Assembly: GCA_013359265.1 (NCBI GenBank) | Contig: JABWCD010000012.1 | Location: 8,458 to 72,457, forward strand | Length of the DNA stretch: 64,000 bases | Origin: Candidatus Hydrogenedentota bacterium | GTDB taxonomy: Bacteria; Hydrogenedentota; Hydrogenedentia; Hydrogenedentales; SLHB01 | Reading direction: 5' to 3' | In this document: positions 38,188 through 48,202 of the stretch, piece after piece | Layout: every line of letters begins with the position of its first letter | How positions within the stretch are numbered: the first letter of the stretch is position 1 | The notes under the pieces: model-generated | What the model was told of the DNA's origin: nothing | What the model saw: only the letters and a program-made list of their open reading frames with translations | The model's database searches: none | Translations under genes and position numbers: made by a program

Positions 38188-39057
38188 TCAGGCGCCCATC
38201 CGAAGCATTAGGTTGATAACCCAATCCGCGAGCCGATCGGGCGCGTGCCTGCGAAGCGGCGCCCAGAATCGCACGTCGCGTCCCACTTTGTAGCGCGTTT
38301 TTGGACGCCGCGCCGTCAGGGCGTGAGCGACGGCCCGGGCGACCCGCTGCGGCGAGGTGCAGGTGCGTGCGAACTCTTCCGCCTTCTTCCGGGCTAAGGT
38401 CATGGACGCGGCGTACAAGGCATGGACCTCATCTTCGCGCGTCTGCATCTTTTCCATGGCGACGAATGACTTGCCCCAGATAGTTGTCGCCATGCGGCCG
38501 GGTTCGATCAGGGAGACCTCGATCTCCCAGGGCGCAAGTTCGACACGCAGCGCGTCCGCGAGCGCTTCGAGCGCGAACTTCGACGCGGCGTATACACCCA
38601 CGAACGGACAGGAGAGCAATCCAAAAATTGACCCCATGATGACAATGCGGCCGCGCGCCTGACGGACAAGCGGAAGAAAAGCCTGTGTAACGGCCAACTG
38701 ACCGACGACGTTGACGTCGAACTGTTCGCGAATGTCGCTGGCCGTGAGGGTTTCGATCGGGCCGACTACGGCAATTCCCGCATTGTTCACCAAGCCGTAG
38801 AGGCCGGATTCGCCAACTTCAATCCGGACTTCTGCGACTGCTGCCGCAATCGTGTCGCTTTTCGTTACGTCTACGATCACGGGGCGAATCCCCGGCGCTT
38901 CGGCAACGAGGCCAGCTCCATCCGCGTCCTTCCGGACACCGGCAAACACCGCAAATCCCAGCCGGTCGAGATGGAGTGCGCACGCTTTTCCAATTCCGGA
39001 CGACGCGCCGGTCACGAAGACCGCCCGCTTGACGGCGGAATTGCGAATCGAAACCAT
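38188..39057 (-). CDS. Short-chain dehydrogenase/reductase (classical SDR)
   Basis: ATG 39057. It has the TGASSGIGKA cofactor motif and the YAASK catalytic YxxxK. Confidence 0.88.
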   Translation of the reverse strand: MVSIRNSAVKRAVFVTGASSGIGKACALHLDRLGFAVFAGVRKDADGAGLVAEAPGIRPVIVDVTKSDTIAAAVAEVRIEVGESGLYGLVNNAGIAVVGPIETLTASDIREQFDVNVVGQLAVTQAFLPLVRQARGRIVIMGSIFGLLSCPFVGVYAASKFALEALADALRVELAPWEIEVSLIEPGRMATTIWGKSFVAMEKMQTREDEVHALYAASMTLARKKAEEFARTCTSPQRVARAVAHALTARRPKTRYKVGRDVRFWAPLRRHAPDRLADWVINLMLRMGA

Positions 39058-39482
39058 TTGGCCACACCTGCCTTCGATATCACCCCGCGTCGAACCCATC
39101 CAAGCCCGCCTTGTGGACGAATGGACGCGCGGCGACGGTGGGGAATCCTCAGAGTTCAGCCGTTATTCTTTTCAAGAAGGGTGGATGATATCGGCAGACC
39201 CGAGTTGAATCAACGCACCCAACCGGACGCGCACCCAACCGGACGGGCGCGCGAAGGCCCTTGCGTTGAATCGGGACGACAGTTTCCACCGGCCGGTCCA
39301 CGTACCCGTATTGCGGCTTTCGTATGAAGCTGGGTATACTCAATCGGGTGATCTCTCTTGCAAGGGTTGGCTGCAAGCTTTCTTTTGTAACCATATGACA
39401 GCCGAATGTTTTAGGGGCGCTGTTCAGCAGAGCGACGGCAGGACGCTGCCGCTCGGCGCAGGGCACCTGTAGGACCTGACGC

Positions 39483-42400
39483 ATGGACAATCTTGTTGAT
39501 TGCATGGACTACTGGACACGCGCGCAACCTGACGAGATTCTGTACAGCTTTACGGACGAAAGAGGAGCCGTTCGAGAACAATACACATACAGCCAGTTCT
39601 GTGAGCGCACGCTGGGTTTGGCGCATCAATTGTTCGAGGCGGCCGGAATCCAGACCGGCGACCGTGTTCTGCTCGTGTATCCGCCGGGGCTGGAAATGAT
39701 GGCCGGGTTCTTCGCGTCGGTAAACTTGGGCGCGATTCCGGTTCCCGTCTGTGCCCCACTCTCGATGGCCACCGGCGCGGGGGCGGATCGAATTGAGCAT
39801 ATCGCGCAGGACTGCGAGGCTCGCGTCGCACTCACCACGGCGGCCTACTTGCGCGGGACGGTCAACGCGCCCGCGGCGAAACGCCGCGAACCTCACAACT
39901 CGTCGCAGCTTAACCGCATTCACTGGGTAGCGACGGACGCCTTCCCGGAGAACGGCCGGCATACGCTTCGGCGTCAGACCAACCCCGTCTTGTTTCTGCA
40001 ATATACGTCCGGGTCGACGGGTGACCCTAAAGGCGTCATAGTCACACACCGGAACGTGATGCACAATGCGGACGAAACCATACAACGGCATTCCGTCGGC
40101 GTATCCTGGCTCCCCCAATATCACGACATGGGGCTGATCGGCCACTATTTGTTCGCGGTGGTAATGGGGGGAACGAACCACGGCTTTTCGCCATTCGACT
40201 TTCTGAAGCGGCCCGCGCTGTGGCTACAAACCATTTCTCGCGTGAGGGCGACGCTGACCACCGCGCCGAACTTTGCCTACGGCTACTGCCTGCGCGAGGA
40301 CAAGGTCCCGGACTCCGCGCTGAGCGGGGTTGACTTAAGTTCGCTGAGAGGAATGCTGAACGCCGCGGAGCCAATCCACCCGCAAACGTACGCGGACTTC
40401 TACGAGCGCTTCGCGAAATACGGCCTCCAGCGCGAATCGTACTATACCGGTTATGGACTCGCCGAAAACACCCTGACGGTCTCCCTTCGCGGACGGCAAA
40501 CCTTGACCGTTCACAAGGAGCGGTTGCAGCGCCGCCAGTTGAGCATCCAAAAGACAACGGCACGCAACAATAACCAAACGACGCTGGTTAGTTGCGGCCG
40601 GCCGTTCACGAGTCTCGACGTCCGCATTGTAGACCCGGAGTCCCACGTCGCGTTGCGCGAAGACGCGATTGGCGAAATCTGGGTCGACGGCGCGAGCAAG
40701 TGCGCGGGCTATTGGCAGCGGCCCGAATTGACGCAAGCCGTGTTCAACGCACGCATCGAGGGCGAACCGGATCGTTCGCGAACGTATCTGCGCACGGGCG
40801 ATCTGGGCTTCATCCACGAAGGCGAACTGTTCATCTGCGGCCGGCTCAAAGACATGATTATTATCCACGGGACGAACTACTACCCTCAGGACATCGAAGC
40901 GATTGTCGAAGCTGAATTTCCGGACGTCGGAATGATCGGGCAGGGGCGAACCGCGGCCATTGGGGTAGACTATGATGGCGAGGAACGCCTCGTGGTGCTC
41001 GTGGAGGTGCGGCGGCAACAGGAACTGCTTGACCCCGCCCGCGTGGCGCAGGCGATACGGGCTCGTTACTTTATCGATCCATATCAGGTACTTCTTGTTC
41101 CGCCGCGTTCAATTTCCAAGACCACGTCCGGCAAGGTGGCCCGGAGCAAAACCCGGGAGCGTTGGCTGGCGGGCGAGCTGGAAATACTCGCATCGTATGT
41201 CCACACGGATGTTAGCGATCGAAGCGCCCCACAGGGACTGAGGCAGTATATCGAGCGCATTCGCGACCGATATCACCTGAATGGTAACGAGAACGTGACC
41301 TTGTCAAGCATTGGCCTTGACTCCTTGACCTTTGTCGATCTGACACTCGAGATTCAGCGCCACTTCGAAGCTCGCGGATTGGAGCACGTCGTGTCCGAAC
41401 TGGACACACGATTCCTGCAGCGCCTTACTATCGCCGAACTGTCCCAACTCTTGGACATGTACCACGCTGGCCATGACATGCCCGCCTCCGAATTGCGCAC
41501 ATGGCTCGAGCGCCGGCAATTCGCAGACAACGAAACCGAACGAGAGTTGATGCGTGCCGACGCGCAGTGGCATCCTCCCGCGGAACCGGCCAAGGAATTG
41601 CGGGCCACGCCCGAATCGATTCTCATGACCGGCGCCACCGGATTTTTCGGGCCGTTTTTGCTTGCGAGTCTCCTGGAACATTCCGCCTGCGCGATCGATG
41701 TCCTGGTGCGCGCAGCCGATCCGGCCCACGGGCGAGCGCGGGTGGTCGACGCATTGCGCCGGACCGAAGTCTGGCGTCCGGAGATCGAAAGTCAGTTTCG
41801 GGAGCGGGTCCGTGTTGTGTGCGGCGACCTCGGATCGATCCGTTTGGGCCTGAACGACCACGAGTGGGATCGCCTGTGCGGCGAATGCGACGCAGTAGTC
41901 CACAACGGTGCGCAGGTGAACTACGTCCTCAGTTACGACGCGTTGCGCCCGCATAACATCGGCGGAACGCGCGAACTCATGCGGATGGCTGCCACGAAGA
42001 GGCAGAAGACTTTCCATCATATTTCGAGCACGTTCATCCACGGATGGTCGGCCCGCCCGGTCGCGGCGGAGCACGAATACAACGAGGACCTCGAGGATCT
42101 GGATTTTGGCTATTCGCAGTCGAAATGCATTCAGGAGCATCTCGTGCTCAACGCCGCGCGGCACGGTCAGCCTGTCCGAATCTACAGGCCGACTTTGATC
42201 ACCGCTTCATCGCGGGGCGTCGGAAGCAAGGACGATATCGGGGTCCGGCTTTTGGCCTTTATGATCAAGTATGGAATCGCGGTCGAGGCGCTTAACCAGG
42301 TCAGCTTTCTTCCGGCCGATCTTGTCTCGGACCATATCGCGCGGATATTCACGCTGCGGAACACTACGTCGAACATTCTTCACGTCACGACGACACGGTA

Positions 42401-42722
42401 CTACAACCTGATGGACGTAACGGAGAGCATCGCCGAGCAGTTCGGCTATTCGTTCACCTACTATGACACGCCGCGCTTTATCGAGGAAGTGAACCGCCTG
42501 TGTACGCCCGACGATTTGCTATACCCATTGCTTGTCTTTATCAATCGTTCCCATGACAAATTCAAGCCGATGGAACCCAAGCGTTACGACAACCGGCACT
42601 ACCGCGCAGCGCTCGAGCAGGTCAATCCGGACATCGTCGAGCCGGAACTGGCCGATACTGTCGCATACATCGTCAGGCACTTGCAGTGCGAGGGATTGGT
42701 CCCGATGCCCTGCCTGGTGTAA
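39483..42722 (+). CDS. Fatty acyl-AMP ligase - acyl carrier protein - terminal thioester reductase (FAAL-ACP-R) tridomain enzyme
   Basis: 1079 aa. The AMP-binding core is LQYTSGSTGDPKGV. The carrier Ser is in SSIGLDSLTFVDL. The reductase has the Rossmann motif ILMTGATGFFG and YSQSK (YxxxK). No KS, AT or C domains were seen. Confidence 0.9.
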   Translation: MDNLVDCMDYWTRAQPDEILYSFTDERGAVREQYTYSQFCERTLGLAHQLFEAAGIQTGDRVLLVYPPGLEMMAGFFASVNLGAIPVPVCAPLSMATGAGADRIEHIAQDCEARVALTTAAYLRGTVNAPAAKRREPHNSSQLNRIHWVATDAFPENGRHTLRRQTNPVLFLQYTSGSTGDPKGVIVTHRNVMHNADETIQRHSVGVSWLPQYHDMGLIGHYLFAVVMGGTNHGFSPFDFLKRPALWLQTISRVRATLTTAPNFAYGYCLREDKVPDSALSGVDLSSLRGMLNAAEPIHPQTYADFYERFAKYGLQRESYYTGYGLAENTLTVSLRGRQTLTVHKERLQRRQLSIQKTTARNNNQTTLVSCGRPFTSLDVRIVDPESHVALREDAIGEIWVDGASKCAGYWQRPELTQAVFNARIEGEPDRSRTYLRTGDLGFIHEGELFICGRLKDMIIIHGTNYYPQDIEAIVEAEFPDVGMIGQGRTAAIGVDYDGEERLVVLVEVRRQQELLDPARVAQAIRARYFIDPYQVLLVPPRSISKTTSGKVARSKTRERWLAGELEILASYVHTDVSDRSAPQGLRQYIERIRDRYHLNGNENVTLSSIGLDSLTFVDLTLEIQRHFEARGLEHVVSELDTRFLQRLTIAELSQLLDMYHAGHDMPASELRTWLERRQFADNETERELMRADAQWHPPAEPAKELRATPESILMTGATGFFGPFLLASLLEHSACAIDVLVRAADPAHGRARVVDALRRTEVWRPEIESQFRERVRVVCGDLGSIRLGLNDHEWDRLCGECDAVVHNGAQVNYVLSYDALRPHNIGGTRELMRMAATKRQKTFHHISSTFIHGWSARPVAAEHEYNEDLEDLDFGYSQSKCIQEHLVLNAARHGQPVRIYRPTLITASSRGVGSKDDIGVRLLAFMIKYGIAVEALNQVSFLPADLVSDHIARIFTLRNTTSNILHVTTTRYYNLMDVTESIAEQFGYSFTYYDTPRFIEEVNRLCTPDDLLYPLLVFINRSHDKFKPMEPKRYDNRHYRAALEQVNPDIVEPELADTVAYIVRHLQCEGLVPMPCLV

Positions 42723-42794
42723 GCGCAACCGCAATGCGCACGTAGGGTCCAGGCGCCGTCGGCATTGCCCAAGACCGTTGGGAGTGTACGCTTC

Positions 42795-44213
42795 ATGTCG
42801 ATGATGTCCATGCGTATGATCGCTGCCCTCGTCTCGCTGCCGTTTCTGTTCGGAATCGCCATGCTCGGGTGCAAGCCGCACCACGCGACCTTCGAGCGCA
42901 TCAGCGAGAACGGATTCGACGCCGAGGACAACGAACGCGATTGGAACGACTATCCTCAATCCACGCTGTTCTTCACGCCGGACGGTGCAAAAGACGGACA
43001 TCTCTATGTGGGCACCTCGTGCGGCATTAACGAACTCATCGCCGCGGCGGGCGGACTGTTGGGGGAGGACACCGGGGAGCGCCCTCCAGAAATTCGGCGC
43101 TACCGTCCGGACTTGGGGCCGATGGCGTGGGAGCGGGTCCTTGACTACCGGGATTTCGAGGATGGTCCGAATTTCACCGCCACCGGTTTTCGCAAAATGG
43201 CCCAGTATCGTAGCGAGTCGGACGGGGTGAAACGCCTCTACGCCGCGACTTTTGGGGCCGAGCCGACGATATGGCGCACCGAAACCGGCGAACCCGGTAG
43301 TTGGGAGCGGTTCTATTCAATAACGGATGCGCGGGGGTCCATTCGAGGAATGGCCGAACATAACGGCCTGCTCTATTTGGCGGTCGCAAACGACGCCACC
43401 GCGGGCGGCGCTGTTCTGACCGAACCCGGCCGCGTCCTGGCAACGGACGGCGAAACCGTATGGCCGGTGATCGAGGATGGTTTTGGTAATCCGGACAACG
43501 GCGCTGTCATGTCCCTGATTTCCTATGGTGACTGGTTGTATGCCGGGACGGCGAACAACAAGACCGGGTTCGAGATATGGAAGCTCGAGGGACCCGGCAA
43601 GCAGGGGCCCGTCAAGATTGTGTCGGACGGCGGCACCGATCCGCGCAACCAGTGCGCGATTACGCCGTACGTTTACAGGGGCGACCTGTACTGGGGCTCC
43701 ATGATCTTCATGGGTATGTACGTCAAGGGGTGCGTGCTGTTGCGCATCAACACGAATGACACGTGGGACGTCATCGTGGGACCGGGCGGACTTTCCGGGT
43801 TTGACGCAGGCTTCAACAACCGCAATAACGCCTACCTGTGGAGCCTCGTCGAACACAATGGCTGGCTCTACGCGGGCACCGCCGATTTCACGAGTGTCCT
43901 GCAGGGAGTCGTCGACAATTTGGACGATTTCTTCGCTCTTGCCGTGCGCCGGCTCGGCGAACGCGCGGCGCAGGAACTTCTCGACGCCAAACGCGGCCCA
44001 GGCCTTGTCGGCGTCGTTACTCAAGGAGGCGCAGACCTCTGGAGATCCCAGGACGGTGTGCATTGGACGCCGGTCTTCCGCAACGGACTCGGCGACACGT
44101 ACAACTTCGGCGTTCGCACCCTGACCTCGGTCGATGGCGTGCTCTATCTGGGTATGGCCAATCTTTGGGACGGGCTCGAGATGTGGCGTACAGCCAACCC
44201 CGACTCCAACTAA
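42795..44213 (+). CDS. Beta-propeller-like lipoprotein, hypothetical
   Basis: ATG 42795, signal peptide with an LGC lipobox. The blade signature (LYVGTS, LYAATF, LYLAVAN, LYAGTAN, LYAGTADF, LYLGMAN) recurs. Confidence 0.65.
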   Translation: MSMMSMRMIAALVSLPFLFGIAMLGCKPHHATFERISENGFDAEDNERDWNDYPQSTLFFTPDGAKDGHLYVGTSCGINELIAAAGGLLGEDTGERPPEIRRYRPDLGPMAWERVLDYRDFEDGPNFTATGFRKMAQYRSESDGVKRLYAATFGAEPTIWRTETGEPGSWERFYSITDARGSIRGMAEHNGLLYLAVANDATAGGAVLTEPGRVLATDGETVWPVIEDGFGNPDNGAVMSLISYGDWLYAGTANNKTGFEIWKLEGPGKQGPVKIVSDGGTDPRNQCAITPYVYRGDLYWGSMIFMGMYVKGCVLLRINTNDTWDVIVGPGGLSGFDAGFNNRNNAYLWSLVEHNGWLYAGTADFTSVLQGVVDNLDDFFALAVRRLGERAAQELLDAKRGPGLVGVVTQGGADLWRSQDGVHWTPVFRNGLGDTYNFGVRTLTSVDGVLYLGMANLWDGLEMWRTANPDSN

Positions 44214-45080
44214 GGCAATTCAAGCTTGAGCACGCGGTGCAGCCGACCTTGAAACGCTCTAACCCGGATTTTTCACGCGAACAGCAAAAACGTGTGCTAC
44301 CCGTTGCGTCACACGAAGTTCCATATGTTTCTGTCTATACAGGCTGTTCGCATGAAAAATCCTCTCGCCATGCGCTCAAGGGCTTGCTCGTGAGCATTTC
44401 TCACCGCACCAAAGGATTTTACTTCCACCGCAGCGTCGTAGGGCGGCGAGAAATGCGGACTAACCCGCCGTTGAGACCGAATACAAAGACAACGCGTCGG
44501 GTGTGTAATCGTCTCAGCAATTGGAATAGAGCGAAATCTGCCGCGCATTCTTTCGTGACGACCAGAATCTCGAGAGTGCAATCCGGGCTAGTTGGTCCCA
44601 TATTCTGAGCTCGGCGGCGCTTCTGGCGTCAGTGCAAAACCATGAGTCGTTGCCTCGGCACGCGGTTCTCCATCGTGAGTCATGCAACGCGATTCAATGA
44701 CTGGAGAGTACCATTCGCTTGGAAGTGAACAATTACATCTTCAAACCGTTCGATACCACTAGTGGTCTGCGTCATTTGAGTTTGGCGGTTCCAGTCACGT
44801 GTAGTACGGCCCGGCGTGGATCCGCCGCGGCGAACGGTCGATACGAACTACAACAAAACCGATTGACGGAGAACTAGGTACAAATACACAGCTTATGACT
44901 TGAATGTGCAGGCGAATTGCGCCGGTTCTACTCGAGTGATTCTGGGTTTAGCCCGCATTCGCACCAGTTCGCCGCAAGAAACCGGATCCCGGGAATGCCA
45001 GGGTAACTGTCCCTCGCTGCCGCCGTTGTGCGCGAAAGGATTGCCGCGCATATCGCACGTCGCGGACCATGTCTGTGCCC

Positions 45081-47378
45081 TTAAATCCGCGTGAACGTGT
45101 ACAAAGGCTCGCTGCCGTACAAAGTGAGTACCATATGATCGTCGTCCGGAATCCGGACGGTGTACTCAGTGCCGGGTCCTATATACCCATGCAGAAATAA
45201 TGCACCAGAATCCGCGCCAAATTGCATCCATTCGTAGGGATACGATTCACACACATCAAAGTTTGGGGGATAATCGCACTGGGTGGCACTTCCGTTCTTG
45301 CGAAACGTTATGCGTGATTCAAGGCGATCGAAATACTCGTCGTAGACCTCCCAAGTTCCGAGAATGTTGAAGGCATTGGACACCACCCGGAAGTCCGAGT
45401 TTGACATGTCCCAGAATACATTTCCCAGCGCTTCGATCTTTATGCGCGCCTGCGCCGTTTCCACATCCGGAATAGTTACTGTGTGCTCGCCATCGTTCCG
45501 TGTACTTTCCTTCAAGACCGTAGGGAAGGTCTGTCCGCCGTCAGCCGAGAACAGGATTCGTACGTGCGTTGCGTTGATTGGAGCGACATCCGTACGAGCC
45601 ACAGACCATTGGAGCTTTTTCTTGCTGCCACGCAATAACCATTGGCCAGCGCGAACATCTACACCACGGAACGGGCCTGCGTCCGAGATCACGCGGACCT
45701 TCGCCTGGTCGATGGCAAATCCGCCCTGCCCGTCGCGCGCAACCAGCCAGAATTTCATCGTTCGCGGTAAGACCGGAAGCAGTTCACCCGGCGTGGAGGT
45801 GCCCGAGATGACATTGGCCAGCGCGGGAAAAATGCGATCGCCCGATTCTTGCGGCGGGAAGCAGCGGAAGAGCGGGCTTTGACCGTTGTCCGGCTCCGTC
45901 AACGACTGCGCCGGGCCTTTGTCGCGCTCTTCCCAAGTAAAACTGATCGTGTCGCCGTTCGGGTCTTGCCCCACTCCCTTAAGAGTAAAAGGTGTCTGTT
46001 TGGGGATGACAAAGTCGGCGCCCGCATCTGCTGCAGGTGGCGAATTCTTCATCACGGTGTTCACCGAGCACGTGTTGTCCTTCACAAATTTGGCCATTCT
46101 TTGCAGGCTTGAAGAATGAAAATAGGCGTCGACGCCCGACTGAAGGTTATCCACGCCGCAGAGACCAGCGTAAGACATGATAGTAGACCCGGCACCGCGC
46201 TCGTACGCTGTCGACCCGACCCTGCGCCCGCTTCCACAGCGGCCCTCAGTGCTATTGAACGTATGCGTCGCGCCGAACTGGTGACCAATCTCGTGGCACA
46301 CATAGTCGACCGCGAAACGATCCCCTGTGGGGGTAGCGCTACCGGTGCACCCCCGCGCTTTTGTGATCGAGTCACATACAACTGCCAGCGAAGCGGAACC
46401 ACCGATTGCGCCCGCACTGACGGTATGGCCGATATCGTATGCGATATCGCCGATAAAGGCGTCCATGACCGCTTGCGATTCTTGGACGAGGAGACTTGCA
46501 TCGAGATTTCCCGAGAAAGGGTCGGTCGCTGGATTCGTGAAAATGACGAGGTCATTGGCTCCAATTAAGACGAACCGTATACCGAGCTCTTGCTCGAAGA
46601 TTCCTGTCACGCGATTAACGAGCGTTGCGATCGCGGCCATCGCGTTTTCAGTGCCTGTTGCGTCCGTGGACCCATGGAAGTTCGCGTACTCGCCAGTGCA
46701 TGCCACCGCGAGGCGAAATGTTCGCAGCCAGCCTCCAAACGAGACCTTCTCGCCGGTTGGTACGTCAGCACGTCGTTCCGGATCGTCTGTTTCGCATGTG
46801 AACTCGCGACCCGGGTTGGAGCGATCCGACGCCCAAAAGCAGATGTACTCGCTGCCCGTTCCGCCCGGCTCGATGTAAACGTCGCCTCCGCCTCGCACCA
46901 TCGCGTGAAAGCCTTGGGGCGTTAAATCGAATCGGACGCTCCGGTTCGAATCGTCCATCGCGTGGCCAAGATAGGTCCGGATTCCGGGATATTTGATCTC
47001 CAATTCCGGCTCGAAAATGGGCGACTCGACAAAGCTGAATGGCACATCGGTCCGATCCGGCATCGGAAGCCAAAGCATCGAGGTGCTATGGTCGCTTTTC
47101 ATCGGCCGTGCCGGATCTTCGAGCGGCACAGAATCGAGGGTCTTCGCGAGTGCGTCGGCATCAAGCCAGAGTGCGCGATACGCGCGTGGCCAGGCACTCA
47201 CCGATTGTTGCGATCGAAGGGATACGATGGCGTCGAGTTCGGCTTCCGAGAGGTCCATCCAAACGTCATCGGGCGTATGGCGAGGTATTGCGCCGAGGCC
47301 GGCCCAAACTACTGCGGGGCACGAAATGGCTGCGGATAGTAACGATACACCGTACATCCAACGAAGAGACAGCCGCAT
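45081..47378 (-). CDS. Secreted zinc metalloprotease, reprolysin/M12B-like
   Basis: ATG 47378 behind GGGGAGG, with a signal peptide. The zinc site is HEIGHQFGATH (HExxHxxGxxH). About 300 aa of C-terminal accessory domains follow. Confidence 0.85.
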   Translation of the reverse strand: MRLSLRWMYGVSLLSAAISCPAVVWAGLGAIPRHTPDDVWMDLSEAELDAIVSLRSQQSVSAWPRAYRALWLDADALAKTLDSVPLEDPARPMKSDHSTSMLWLPMPDRTDVPFSFVESPIFEPELEIKYPGIRTYLGHAMDDSNRSVRFDLTPQGFHAMVRGGGDVYIEPGGTGSEYICFWASDRSNPGREFTCETDDPERRADVPTGEKVSFGGWLRTFRLAVACTGEYANFHGSTDATGTENAMAAIATLVNRVTGIFEQELGIRFVLIGANDLVIFTNPATDPFSGNLDASLLVQESQAVMDAFIGDIAYDIGHTVSAGAIGGSASLAVVCDSITKARGCTGSATPTGDRFAVDYVCHEIGHQFGATHTFNSTEGRCGSGRRVGSTAYERGAGSTIMSYAGLCGVDNLQSGVDAYFHSSSLQRMAKFVKDNTCSVNTVMKNSPPAADAGADFVIPKQTPFTLKGVGQDPNGDTISFTWEERDKGPAQSLTEPDNGQSPLFRCFPPQESGDRIFPALANVISGTSTPGELLPVLPRTMKFWLVARDGQGGFAIDQAKVRVISDAGPFRGVDVRAGQWLLRGSKKKLQWSVARTDVAPINATHVRILFSADGGQTFPTVLKESTRNDGEHTVTIPDVETAQARIKIEALGNVFWDMSNSDFRVVSNAFNILGTWEVYDEYFDRLESRITFRKNGSATQCDYPPNFDVCESYPYEWMQFGADSGALFLHGYIGPGTEYTVRIPDDDHMVLTLYGSEPLYTFTRI

Positions 47379-47756
47379 GGCGCACCTCCCCAGTCGAATC
47401 AATTGGTACAAGAAAAACCATTATCCAAGATATTACAATCCGATTAGTCCGTCAACGCCGGTTCGCGTACACGCCGATTCGTGTAAGTGTGGAGTCCCGC
47501 AACGCACCATATCTTAATCGCTTATATCGAATTACGCTTTAATTCGTATGTAATCTAGCCACTTCTAACAATAATGATGTCTTTGCGTTTACCCCGAAGG
47601 GGTTTCGGCGCGCAGCTCAGGGTTGGCCCGCCGAAGTCGCTCCGACGTAGGCGGGGCTACCCTCCTCCATTCGGTAAATACGCCGTCACTGGCCCGGACT
47701 TTCCGGAGCGCGACAACAAAGTGTTACACCTTTTGTTAGACATTGGCCGTTTTGAC

Positions 47757-47795
47757 ACAAAAAGAGCCAGCGACTCGTCTTCGCAAGTCGCTGGC
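47757..47795 (-). terminator. Rho-independent terminator downstream of tRNA-Ala
   Basis: On the minus strand, the stem GCCAGCGACT...AGTCGCTGGC (47766..47795) is followed by TCTTTTTGTG. Confidence 0.6.
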
Positions 47796-47811
47796 TTGAC
47801 TTAATCTTTAT

Positions 47812-47887
47812 TGGTGGAGATGAACGGAATCGAACCGTCGACCTCTTGTCTGCCAGACAAGCGCTCTCCCAACTGAGCTACATCCCC
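47812..47887 (-). tRNA. tRNA-Ala (anticodon GGC), CCA encoded
   Basis: The reverse complement GGGGATGTAGCTCAGTTGGGAGAGCGCTTGTCTGGCAGACAAGAGGTCGACGGTTCGATTCCGTTCATCTCCACCA folds as a cloverleaf. It has the G3:U70 alanine identity pair, the anticodon loop CTGGCAG and the T-loop GGTTCGATTCC. Confidence 0.93.
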
Positions 47888-48202
47888 ATGTCGAGACCGG
47901 CACGTAGGATACCGCACGAACGGCGAGAGCGTCAAATGGAGGTGCGGTTCGTACCGACAATCTGCAGCAGCGGCGGGTCCGCATTTGCAGGCGTCCCTGC
48001 AAATCGTTGAAAGAGATAGTTGTACGAAGTTGGCGCGCACAACTCTCCGCGCGGCGTGAAGGCCATCCCATCGGGCGCAGGGAACTGGCCCAGTTCATCT
48101 CCTTAGCCCACGACAAGGCCATGACGAATTTCGCCCGCATGTATCGATTCGACACACGCCTATTCCGCACGAAGCCGTGCGCGCGGATCGAAGGTTGTCG
48201 GG

